From: Phaeosaccion multiseriatum
Taxonomy: Eukaryota > Protista > Ochrophyta, other classes
Direction: 5' to 3'
DNA: 64,000 nucleotides
Assembly: GCA_965112735.1 (NCBI GenBank)
Contig: OZ218961.1
Location: 2,790,001-2,854,000, forward strand
This document shows, piece by piece, positions 1 through 11,139 of this stretch; the stretch's first letter is position 1, and each line of letters begins with the position of its first letter. A program made the position numbers and the translations under genes. The notes beneath the pieces are model-generated. The model did not search any database, was not told the DNA's origin, and saw only the letters and a program-made list of their open reading frames with translations.

Positions 1-381
1 CTACGGATGGACGGATGGCAGTAGATGGATGGATGAACGGATGGCAATGGACGGATGGATAGAGAGAGAGTTGAGGGTTGTGCTCAGGGTATCAAAGCTC
101 AGAGGCCGCAAGGAGAAGGGCATGCAGAAGTGGGCAAACGGATGGCACCAGATGGATGGATGAACGGATGGCAATGGATGGATGAAGAGAGGGCCAGAGA
201 GAGAGAGTTGGAAGAAGTGGGCCATCCCACCACCGGCAAACGGATGCTCGAGCAAGTGACGTGCAAGCAGCAAACGCAAGCACAAACGCAAGCAGCAGCA
301 GAAGGGAGGAGCCCTATATATATAGTGAGACCCGCGACCCATTGCGTTGATGTGTCACTGGAAGTGATGGAAGTGATATAC

Positions 382-1572
382 CTTGTTGCTGTTGGCCACG
401 TATGCGGCGTGATGCTTATCGTGGTGGAACTTCATGGTGGCAGCGTCAATGGCGGGCTCGAGCGCCTGTGACGGACAGGCATGCACACACACATACACAC
501 ACATACACACATAAAGAGAGAGAGCAAAGCACACACATATACACACACACGGGGAGGGTGCGGAGGGGAGGGGACGCTAAGATAACAACGGGGAGAGGAA
601 GGAAGAGAGGAGGGCAGGAAAGACATAAGAGTGGCTCTTCGTGGCGCCAAGAGAGTACTCACGTCGTATCCGTAGGGAAGGTCGGGTACGAAGTAGGGTC
701 CGTCAGCGTAAGCGGGGGCGGCAGTTGCCAGCACACCGCCGAAAGCAATGCCTGTCCCAAGTTCAATCAGAGAAGGGAGGACGGAGGGGGGGAGGGAGGG
801 AGATAGTAAGAGGTGGGACACCAGAGTTGAGTTTGTGGGCTGAAATGAGCGGACATGGACATGCCCTGAGAGGTTCCTTGACGGATATCGAATGCACGTA
901 CGCCAATCCCGCTGTACGACACTTGCCCTTCGATTCTCAACACCACCCCCCTTCAACATCAACAGACTACAAGGAGTGAATGCCTCTGCCTTCCGGCTTC
1001 TCTACACCCAGATCCAACAGCGCTGGACCAGTAGCAGCACATGTACTCACCAGAGGCGAGAACTCCGGCTCCGGCGGTGGTGAGGGCCTCCCTGCGAGAC
1101 ATGCCCTCGTTCTTGGTGCCCGTGGTCATCTTCATGGTCGTCGTGGCGACGGAGGGCATGAAGGCAAAGGCAGAAGCTGTGCAAGATGTGAGGAGTGCAG
1201 TAGCAGGCAGAAAGAAGAGGGGGGGGGGGGTTGCGATGAGCAGGCATGCGGCAACTAGAAAGGAGGAGAAGGCGAAGATGCGAAAAAGGAAGGACCAGCG
1301 GATCAAATGCTATGCAATGCGCAGAGAGACATCTCATGGCGCGATTGCTGACCTCAAGCATCTGCATCCTCTGCTCATTTCAGCGCTATCCCTCCCCCAC
1401 ACTGCCACGCTCTACTTATACGGGAAGGGAGAGAGCTGGAGGAGAGGGAAGGAAGATGAGTCAAATGTGTCAATTCGCTTTCCCCCGCTTTTCAGCAAAA
1501 CCCCGGAGAAGCAGGCAACAGGCACCTACCCGAGCTTCCCGCCAGAGCGAGGAGGATAGCGGACGTCTTCAT
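382..1572 (-). CDS. Fe/Mn superoxide dismutase, plastid/thylakoid-lumen-targeted (5' part; remaining exons lie beyond the left edge)
   Basis: Exons 1572-1530, 1176-1051, 751-663 and 465-382 splice in frame (GT-AG) to [14 protein letters not shown]|[10 protein letters not shown]...[17 protein letters not shown]|[30 protein letters not shown]|[28 protein letters not shown]. LPYxYDALEP...HHxKHH.AYV is the Fe/Mn SOD N-terminal signature. Confidence 0.92.
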
Positions 1573-1843
1573 GGTATATCTCTCTTGTGTTAAACAATCC
1601 TTCGTCTTCTCTCTTTCGTCTCCGGGAGCAAAGATACTGGTACCCAATTTATGTGCCTCCCCCCCCAAGTGCATTGACCATAAGTCAACGATACACTCAC
1701 CGCCGCATCAACTAGGGCAGAAGGGGCACCTTTCCTCCCCTGACTGACGACGAGGCCTGTCGGCGAGTAGAATAAGGTACTAATCCGTATGAAGATGGGG
1801 AAAATAAAGAAACGCGCGACGTAAGGTACCGGAAGCTTCCGGA

Positions 1844-3409
1844 ATGGCGGAGAAGGCCGAAGCAAGCAATGCAAAAACATCACCGGAAAGGCTCCAAGAG
1901 GAAGGGAGCGCTCCTGCGGAGGGAGAACCACTCTCGAGGAGCCAGCTTGCCCAGAAGGTGACAGGGTGTTCCCGCCAGAGAGTGACCACAGTAGTCTCTG
2001 TGGGGCCACAGGACCATCCATCATCCACCTGCGGAGGGAAGCCTCTTAGTTTCTCCCTCCACCTCTTTGCCCTCTTGGCGATCCACCCACGTGGCTCTCG
2101 TCATGTCTCTCCTCAGATTCGCGAACTGGAGACAAGACTGCAGGAGAAGGATGACGAGATGCGCGTGTACCAAAGCTTCTACAGGTAACCGTAGAAAGAG
2201 GGGGGGAGGGAGGGGAGATGGAGAGGTGAGGCGAATATTCGATGTTGTGCGCACTTCGATAGGAGAGAAGTCCTTTATTGTTTTGTGTTTGCTCCCTGTC
2301 TCCTTGTCCCTTTCCCGTCATTTGCCCGTGCCCCTCCCCTCTCTCTGCTCTCTGTATGTGCCAGGAAGTACAAGGCTCGAATCGATGTGATGCTGGCCCG
2401 AAAAGGTGCACAAGGGAGTGCTGTTTTTGACCTGGGCGAAGATGCTGATGAGGAGGACGACGACGACGAGGAGGAAGAGGAAGAGGAGGGGGGGGGGGGG
2501 GGGGGCAATGATGGTGATGAGGAGGGAGAGCATGGGAGTCGCTGCGCCTTCGAGCCTTGGAGCAAGACGCTGGGCAGGAACACCTCGCTCGAGTACACAA
2601 GAGACTCTCCAATGTTCCGCCAACGGGTAGGTGGGTGGGTCGGTGGGTGGGTAGGTGCGTGCGTGGGTGCGTGGGTGCGTGGGTGGATGCATGGGTGGGT
2701 GGGTGGGTGGGTGGGTGTGCAGGTATTGACCCCACGTCGGTGTCTGAACTTGAATTGCCCCCTTTGTACCTCGTCGATCCGGGTTTGCAGCTGGGCCTCT
2801 TCGTCCATACCCTCGAGCCCCTAAAGGCCTATGTCGACAATCTCACTCGCATGACCCGCGAGTACTGCCAAGCTGGGCAGGCCCTCCGATCGCTTGGGGT
2901 GGCCCTCGCCGAGGAGTTGTGCTCGAGAAAGGCCTCGAGGATGCTCTTCACGTCCTCCAATCAGGAGATGGGAGATTTGGCAGAGAACCTTGCGGCCTTC
3001 AGCGGGCTTTTTAAGCAGGTGGGTGGGTGCGTGGCTGGGTGCGTGGGTAGGTGCCAGCCACATTTCCCGCTCTCTTTCTTCCTCGCTCTCTTCCTTACCC
3101 TCAGTCTCTTTCCCTTTCGCTCTCTCTCTCTCTCCCTCTCTCATCTCTGTATCCCGCTCCAATGGTAAACTCACAGGTGCAGGAGCTGTTGGGCATTCTC
3201 ATGTACAGTCTGGAGGGAGGGCTCGCAGCGCCCTTGGAGGACTTCTCCTCCACCTTCAAAGACGTCGCCAGCCTGTTCAAGGTGAGTATTGAGTATTCAT
3301 AATATTACAGAAGTATGCACAAAGTTGTGCTACACCCCCGCGCACCTCCTCTTGGAAATGCCTCTCGCGCACTCGCGCTGCGTGCTTACACTCCGTCTGT
3401 GTATATTGG

Positions 3410-3452
<43 letters not shown>

Positions 3453-6400
3453 CATGTGTACGTGTGTGCGTGTGTGTATATGTGTGTCATCACAGGACTT
3501 GGTGAAGAAGGGTGCGGTCTTCGAAACCGCCCTGGGAAAGTGCCTCGAGGCCAAGGAGCTGCCCACGGAAGGTCTGTGCAGCGGAAACTGTCCATCAAAC
3601 TGAAACTGGACCTGGGAGGGAGGATAGGGCAAGAAACACTTGGTCCCAAGGAGGCGGCGGTTGCTTTGCCTCCTCTCGAGCGCCGCTGCGTCTCTAACCC
3701 GTCCCCTTCCCTCCTCGACCCCCCCCCCCCCCCATGGTGTGAGAGCAGGCAAGCGCTTCGAGCGGGTGATGGCAGCCCGCGGCGACTTTGAGCTGTTTCG
3801 CTTCGACGTTGTCAAGTATATCAATCAGGTGAGTGAGAGGCAAGTCTGTTGATAGCTGTGAGAAACCTACCAGCTTAGTTACCTATACCCACCTGTTTAC
3901 CTACGTCTAACTACCGACCTACCTACCCACCTACCCACCTACTTGCCTACCTGCCTACCTACCGACCTACCGACCTACCTACCTACCTACCCACCCACCC
4001 ACCTACCCACCTACTTGCCTACCTACCTACCTGCCTACCTATCTACCTACCTACCCACCCACCCACCTACCTGCCTATTCTCCTACCTACCTACGTACAT
4101 TCACAGCTCGACACGCGAAAGCAGCGCCTCTTTGAAAGGGGCGTGAACAACGCCTATTACGCCTTCTTTGCCTTCTTCCACGGAGGGCTGGACTCCCTCC
4201 TGGCCAGGGAGAGGATCATGCGCAAGAGGTGAGGGGTGTCAGGACAGGAGGGTGAGGAGTGTCAGGACAGGAGGGCGAGGGGTGTCAGGACAGGAGGGTG
4301 AGGGGTGTCAGGACAGAGGGGTGATGGGTGTCAGGGGTGTCAGGACAGGAGGGTAGGGGGGGTCAGGATAGAGGGGTGAGGGGTGTCAGGACAGGAGGTT
4401 GGGGGGTGTCAGGACAGAGGGGTGAGGGGTGTAAGGACAGGAGGATGAGGGTGTCAGGACAGGGGGGGTGGTGTCGTGGGGTATGGTCTGGTGGGGTTTC
4501 GTGGTATGGCGCGATCGGATGCGGTGTGGTGTGGTGCGAAACGAACACGCTCCCTCAACCGCCCCAACACTCATCTCAATCACTTCTTCTTCCTTTCTTC
4601 CTTTCCTCCCTTTCCTCCCTTCCCTCCGTCCCCTCCCCACCCTTCACTCCCCACCCTTCCCTCCCTTCCCCTCCCTCCCCTCCTTCCCGTCCCCTCCCCC
4701 CCTCCCTCCCTCCCACCCTCCTACGTACCTGTAGACAAGCGAGGCTGGACAAGATCGCTCTGGAGTACCAACAAGACGACGTCATTTGGAGGGGTGTCCG
4801 CTCCCGGGTGGAGGCAGAGCTGCAAGGAGCCTTGCCGCCCCCCGGGGCTCCAGTGGGGGCTTTGGCTCCGATATCAATGTGGGCAGCGACTCCTCCCTAT
4901 GTAGGGCAGATCACCACAGAGGTCTTGTCTAGAGACAGCCAGGCCGCCAGGTAGGTCAGGTTAGGTTGGAGAGAGAGGGAGAGGGAGAGCGAGAGAGAGA
5001 GAGAGAGAGAGAGGGCGCAAGAGACCGAGCGAGCGAGCGAGAGAGAGAACGAGTGGGAGAGAGAGAGAGAGGCAGGTGTCCGTCCCTTCGCTCCTGTAGC
5101 ACCCGGCGAACTGCAACTGTACCTTCTCCTGCCCATCGTCGCATCTCCTCTCCTTTTTTCTCCTCTCCTCTCCTCTTCTGTTCTCTCTTCTCCCGTGTCT
5201 TAACATGTTCTTCAAACCCAACCAAACCAACACAGGCCTGTCATCTTCTCCCAAACCTCTAAACTCCTCCTACCCCGTCTGTACCTCTCACTCTCCTACC
5301 GACCGCCTGCTGTACCACCAACTGCCCCCCTTCCGAGCAGCCACACAGACCTCGAGCACGCCCGTGATGGAGCCGTGTTGAAGCAAGGCTATCTCTATCG
5401 CCGTTACATCTTCCGCAAAGAGCGCAAGTGGCATCGCTTGCACCAGGGGAAGCTCTACACAATGGAGGAGGTGCCTCTCTCGGGGGCAGTGGCCCGAGCA
5501 GACCCCTTGCTCGCCGAGGTGGGGCCGAAGGTGAGGCTGAGAGTGAGCATGAGGGTCACCTCCTTGCGGTCTGCTCTGTGCCCTCCTCACTCCTCCTCCT
5601 CACTCCTCCTCCTCACTCCTCCTCCTCCACCACCACCTCCTCCTCCTCCTCCTCCCCCCCCTCCTCCTCCGCCTCCTCCTCACTCCTCCTCCCCCTCCCC
5701 TCCTCCTCCCCCGGCTCCTCACTCTCAGCTGGTGCTGGATCTAGCCACTGACTATGCCACAGTCAATGTCAAGCCTCCTGGGGCGTGTCCCTTTTGCTTC
5801 ATTGTGGTGAAGGAGGACGGTTACAGAATTGAGCTGCAGGCAGAGAACGAAGATGACATGCTTCAGTGGATCAGCGCCATAAGGAGGTGTGTGTATGGTG
5901 TTTTCTTGCTTGCTCACTCACTCACTTGCTTACATTCACACACTCATCACTTACTCCCACACTCTTAAAGTGAAACTGAAACTGAAAGTGTCGGCAACTG
6001 CCATCCTCTCAGGTGCCGGAGAGCTATCCAAGTGTCTCCACCTCCAGGCCTACTCAAGGAGAGCGGCGGCCTTGACTCAAGCAGTAGAGAGCGAGAGGAC
6101 GAAGACGCTCAAAACCTCCTCCAGGTAGGGTAGGGTAAGGTTAGGTAGGCTAAGGTAGGGTAAGGTAGGGTAGGGTAGGGTAAGGTTAGGTAGGGTAAGG
6201 TAGGGTAGGGTAGGGTAGGGAAAGGTTAGGTAGGGTAGGGTAGGGTAGGGTAGGGTAGGGTAAGGTTAGGTAGTGTAAGGTAGGGTAGGGTAGGGTAGAG
6301 CAGGGTAGGGTAAGGTTAGGGTAGGGTAGTGTAGGGTAGGGTAAGGTAGGGTAGGGTAAGGTAGGGTATGAAAGGATAGGGAAGGGTGGGTAGGGTAGGG

Positions 6401-8970
6401 TAGGGTAGGGTAGGGTAGGATGGGGTAGGGTTTGAGTAGCGTAGGGGAGGGGAAAGTAGAAGTCACGAGCCATCCCACCCACCCCCTTCCAACCCCTCCC
6501 CACCCCACCCGCGCCCTCTCCTCCTCTCCAATCCCCTACCAGACGTTTGTGGAACGGAACCTCTCCTGCGGCGAATGTGGTGACTCCAGCGCCCCTCCTC
6601 TTTGGCTGTCCGTCACTCTGGGCATGACGCTCTGCCCCTGCTGCGCCGACCTCCACGCCAAGCTCGGTAACAAGATCAGCACGTTGCGCAGCATCAACCT
6701 AGACAGGTGGAGCGTCTTTGTCGTGCAGGTGAGTGTATGTTCGTGTGTGTGGGTGGGTGCGTGTGTGCGTATGTGTGTGTGTGTGTGTGCGTGTGTATTT
6801 GTGTGTGTGCGTGTGCGTGTATGTTTGTGTGTGTATATGTGCGTGTGCGTGTGCGTGTGCGTGTGTGTATATGTGCGTGTGTGTGCTCGTGTTTGTGTGT
6901 GTACATGCGTGTGTCTATATCCTATACCCTATACCCTTAAACCCTCTTCCCTCTCTACCCTCTCTGCCCTCTCTCCCCCCTCTCTCCCTCCTCAGTCCAT
7001 CCTGATGTACATGGGCAATGCCCGAGCGGCCAGGGTGTGGGAGGCTAATGTCTCGGAGGGGTGGCACAAGCCTCACTCGAATTCTCCCCTGTCGGAGAAG
7101 GAGCAATGGTACGTTCACCAGTGAGGGAGACAGAGAGCAAGGGAGAGCGAGGGACAGAGGGAGAGAGCGAGAGAGAGAGAGAGAGAGAGCGGGAGAGGTT
7201 CACAGCTGCCCACAGTCTCTGACGTTGAGGCAAGGCACGGCACGCGTCACTCTACACATCATCCCACTGCCCACGCGACTCCGCCCTTATTTTATTATGT
7301 CTCGCTCACATATGCACACGCATATATATACACATACGCGCACACACGCACACACATACACACACGCGCATACACGCACATACGCACACACTCGCACACA
7401 CACACGCACACACACAAACGTACACACACATACACACGCAGGGTTCTGGCCAAGTATCGCTGGTTTGGTTTTGTGGAGGAGGACAAGTCAGAGGGAGATA
7501 AGGTGAGAGGGTGGGGGGTGGACAGAAGGGAACATCTCTTTCGTCTTTTCCCTTTTCGGGGGGTCCCTTCTCTCTCTCTGTCCTCTCTCCTCTCTCTGTC
7601 CTCTCTCCATCTTCTCTTCTCTTCTCTCTCTCTCTCTCCGTCTCTCATCTCCTCTTACCCTAGCCTCTGCTTCTTAACCGAATCTCAGATTTCCCGCCAG
7701 CTCGCTGAGGCAGCAGCAGAGAACGACGTATCACGGGTAAGTGAAATGCATGGGTTGGTTGTACGCTCATTTCAGTCACAAGACGCTCCTTCTTCTAGTC
7801 CTTTGTGCTATACCCTTTGCTTGACTCTTCTGTCTGACTCTTCTGTTGGCCCTCCTGTTAGCCGCTCTCTTCTCGCTCTCATCTCCCTCTGTCCGTCTCT
7901 TACTCTTCCCCTTTCCTCTTTCGTCTCTCTCTCCCCCCCTCTCTCTCTTCTCTGTGTGTGTGTGTCTCTCAATGTATCTTTCTCTCTTTCTCTCTTCCCC
8001 GAGAAGGTGATGTGGTGCCTGGCGCACAAGGGAGACGTCAAGTGGAGGCACCCAGGGGTGAGGCAGAGCTCCTTGACATTGGCGTACGACACTATTCACC
8101 CTTTGGTCTTTGACTACGATACTATTCATTGACACACGATACTATTCATCCCCAAGCCCTCAATTTTTCCATATCGTAGGCTTACATGTCTCTCTCTCTC
8201 CCTTTCTCTCTCTCTCTGTTCCACCCCCTCCCTCCCTCCCTCCCCTCCTCCCCCCCCCTTTCCACCCTGCAGCGAGGTGGTCGCACTGCTCTTCACCTTG
8301 CAGCCCTCTCCTCTCATTTGGAGTGTTGTGTGATGCTGCTGCTCCATGGAGCAGACATGCACCAGCTCGACGGCAGTGACGGTGACACCGATGGCGACGA
8401 CGATGGTGATGATGATGACAACACGCACAGCAAGGACCACAGTGATGGTGACGACGACGGAGGGAAGAAGAGGAAGGAGAAGAGGAAGAGGATGTCTTCG
8501 CTGGACCAGGTCAGACGAAAGCAGCAGCAGTAGCAGCAGGAGGAGGAGGAGAAGGAGGAGGTGGAGGGGGAGGAGGAGAATGAAAATCATTCACTCACTC
8601 GCTCACTCACCCCTCCGCCGCCAGCAAGCAACCCCTTCCTGACTGCCTCCCTCCCCTCGCCCTGTTTGTTCGCCGTGTGCTGAGGAGTGGAGCTCTCCCT
8701 GCTGCCCTCATTTTTTACCCTCCCTGCTGTGCTGTCTTGTGCTGTGCCGTGCTTTGTCGTGTCTTCTTCACCTTCCTGCGGAATGCCTTTGTGTTCTCTC
8801 TCTCTTCTGTGTCCTCTCAATGCTGTGTGGTGTGTTCTTCTTTCGTCTGCTTTTTTTTTCCTCTTTTCATGCGTTTTCTGTCCTCTCTTTGCGGGCAGGT
8901 TCTCTCCACCGATCCAGCGAGCGAGCTGAGTCGTATGTTTATCGAGAAGCAGTTAGGCGAGCTGTGGTGA
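1844..8970 (+). CDS. ACAP/AGD-type BAR-PH-ArfGAP-ankyrin protein (multi-exon)
   Basis: DSPMFR at the BAR start followed by helical BAR exons (2790-4230). PH exons LKQGYLYRR...[20 protein letters not shown] (5375-5887). ArfGAP zinc finger CGECG...[14 protein letters not shown]...LRSINLDRW...[12 protein letters not shown] (6543-7108). Ankyrin GRTALHLAA...LLLHGAD (about 8272-8370). Stop TGA at 8968-8970. Confidence 0.88.
4226..4462 (+). repeat. Intronic G-rich minisatellite, ~23-nt unit (GGGTGAGGGGTGTCAGGACAGGA), about 10 degenerate copies
   Basis: Directly visible; starts at the 5' splice site of an ArfGAP intron. Confidence 0.9.
6123..6430 (+). repeat. (GGGTA)n intronic microsatellite
   Basis: Directly visible; starts at the donor AG|GTAGG. 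Confidence 0.95.
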
Positions 8971-9208
8971 TACAGCAGCAGCTGGCGACACAAACAGCAG
9001 ATAGTGACACAGCAGCTAGTGATGAAGCTCTGGTGATACAGCAGCAGGAGCTGGCGACACACGCAGCAGATGGTGACACAGCAGCAGCTAGTCATGACAG
9101 AAGCAGTTTGGCGAGCTCTGGTGATACAGCAGCAGCTGGCGACACACGCAACAGATGGTGACACAGCAGCACCTAGTGATGACAGAAGCAGTTGGGCGAG
9201 CTCTGGTG
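8945..9208 (+). repeat. Degenerate tandem duplication (~65-90 nt period) of the ArfGAP stop-codon region
   Basis: AGAAGCAGTTnGGCGAGCTsTGGTGA recurs at about 8945, 9099 and 9184, with a partial copy near 9024. Confidence 0.85.
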
Positions 9209-9355
9209 AGCACAGGCGGATAGAGACTGTGAAGCTGTGGAGCTGTGAGAGAGGGGATCGGTAGGTGGGACAAATGCAAGCAAAGCACGGCAGCAGCGGC
9301 ACCAGCGGCTGCACCAGGACCCGCACCGCCCCGACCAGCAGCAGTAGTTGGCGAT

Positions 9356-9387
<32 letters not shown>

Positions 9388-9940
9388 GTCAGCGGTTCAG
9401 CAGTTGGTGATACAGCAGCACGCCCACACTCTGCTTTGTGGACTCGTGTACATCCATCGCGCGAATCGCAGTCGTCCATACAAGGCGGGCGAGTCCTCTC
9501 ACTGACGGGCCTTATCAATGGTGTCATCATCTCATCATACCGCCATTACGTACCTAGTACGTATCTATTACGTACGTAGTCACCGGGAGGACCACCGTCC
9601 AACATCAATCACAAAGGGCCCCTCGGTATCCAGACCCGGAAACAGAAGTGGAGGGGGTGCGGTGCCATGCACGGCGGCTCAGGGGCAGCAGAAACGGCGC
9701 GGACAAAGGCGGGCATACGGCGCAATGACTCACTTTAGGCAGCCTTCCGTTCTTCGCTCATTGACTCGCCCCCTCCCCCCCACCCCCCCAATTGCCCGCG
9801 AAGAGATTGATGTTGCTGATGTTGTTGATAAATAGCGCAGCACTTTCAGCAACAGGCAAGGGTCGTGTAGCAAGGGTGATGGGGTGTGGTGCCTCTGGCT
9901 GACTGGCTGGGCGAGAGGTAGAGAGCTCGAGAGGGACGGC

Positions 9941-10000
<60 letters not shown>

Positions 10001-10171
10001 TGACCATGAAGCATGTCTTCAGCAGTCATGGTCGAAGGCCAGGTATTGTCTCTTTGTCTCTTTCCTATCGTACGGGGTGGATTGGATTGCTTCCAAACCA
10101 CCCCTCCGAGGGGCTTTTGTCATTGACATACGAGCCATGCGTTACGACAGTACGGTGTTTGTCACCTCCTC

Positions 10172-10212
<41 letters not shown>

Positions 10213-10261
10213 AGCGTGACGGAGAGAGACGTGAGCGAGATGGGAAGGGACACACACACAT

Positions 10262-10296
<35 letters not shown>

Positions 10297-10789
10297 CCCC
10301 ACACCCTGCACTCACTGTGCGTCTGTCCGAGAGGAGCGCTCTTGATATGTCGATGGTGTATAGTTATAGTTTATCGGTTATAAAACGCTATGGCGCTCTC
10401 GTTGCTAGATATACGTAGTTAAAGTTGCGTCATACATACATGCCCGTCTCTGTCTCTGCCCTCTCCCCCTCTACGGCGCAGACACACGGAGAGTTAAAAC
10501 CTAAAAACCGCCCGCCCACCCACCCACCCACCCACCCACCCATTGCCATCCATTCCCACCAGCACCACTATCTTCCCGCCCGAAAGCCTTGCGGAGAGAA
10601 GTGTGTCCTCCTCCTCCTCCTCCTCCTCCTCCTCCTCCTCCTCCTCCTCCTCCTCCTCCTCCTCGGGTCTAACAATCTAATACTTGGAAGGTCTTGGCCA
10701 TGCCTTCCGAGAACTGCGCCTTCTCCTTCCTCCTTCTACCACGTATCCACCAACCCCACGCCCCCACACTCCTCTCCGTCTCTAACAAT

Positions 10790-11099
10790 CTAAAACTTGA
10801 AGTTCTTGACCGTGTCCACAAAGAACTGCGCCTTCTCCTCCGAGGTTCCCGCGTCAATGCCATGACCGAGGTTCATGACGTGCTTCTTGCCCCCCGTGGC
10901 CTTCAAGATCTCTTCGGTGCGTTCCTTAATCACCTCGTCAGGGGCGAAGAGGAGGGCGGGATCGAGATTGCCCTGAATGCCAATGTCGTCACCTGAAGGC
11001 ATGGGGGAGGGGGGAGGAGGGGGGGGGGCAACGCGAATATGAGGAGGAGGGAGAGCATTTAACAACAACAACAACAACTGCAACAACGACAACAACAAT

Positions 11100-11139
<40 letters not shown>

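Noticed and set aside
9600-9815. 11-bp inverted repeat CAACATCAATC/GATTGATGTTG as a MITE
   Set aside because: Short, with no TSD and no second copy in the window.
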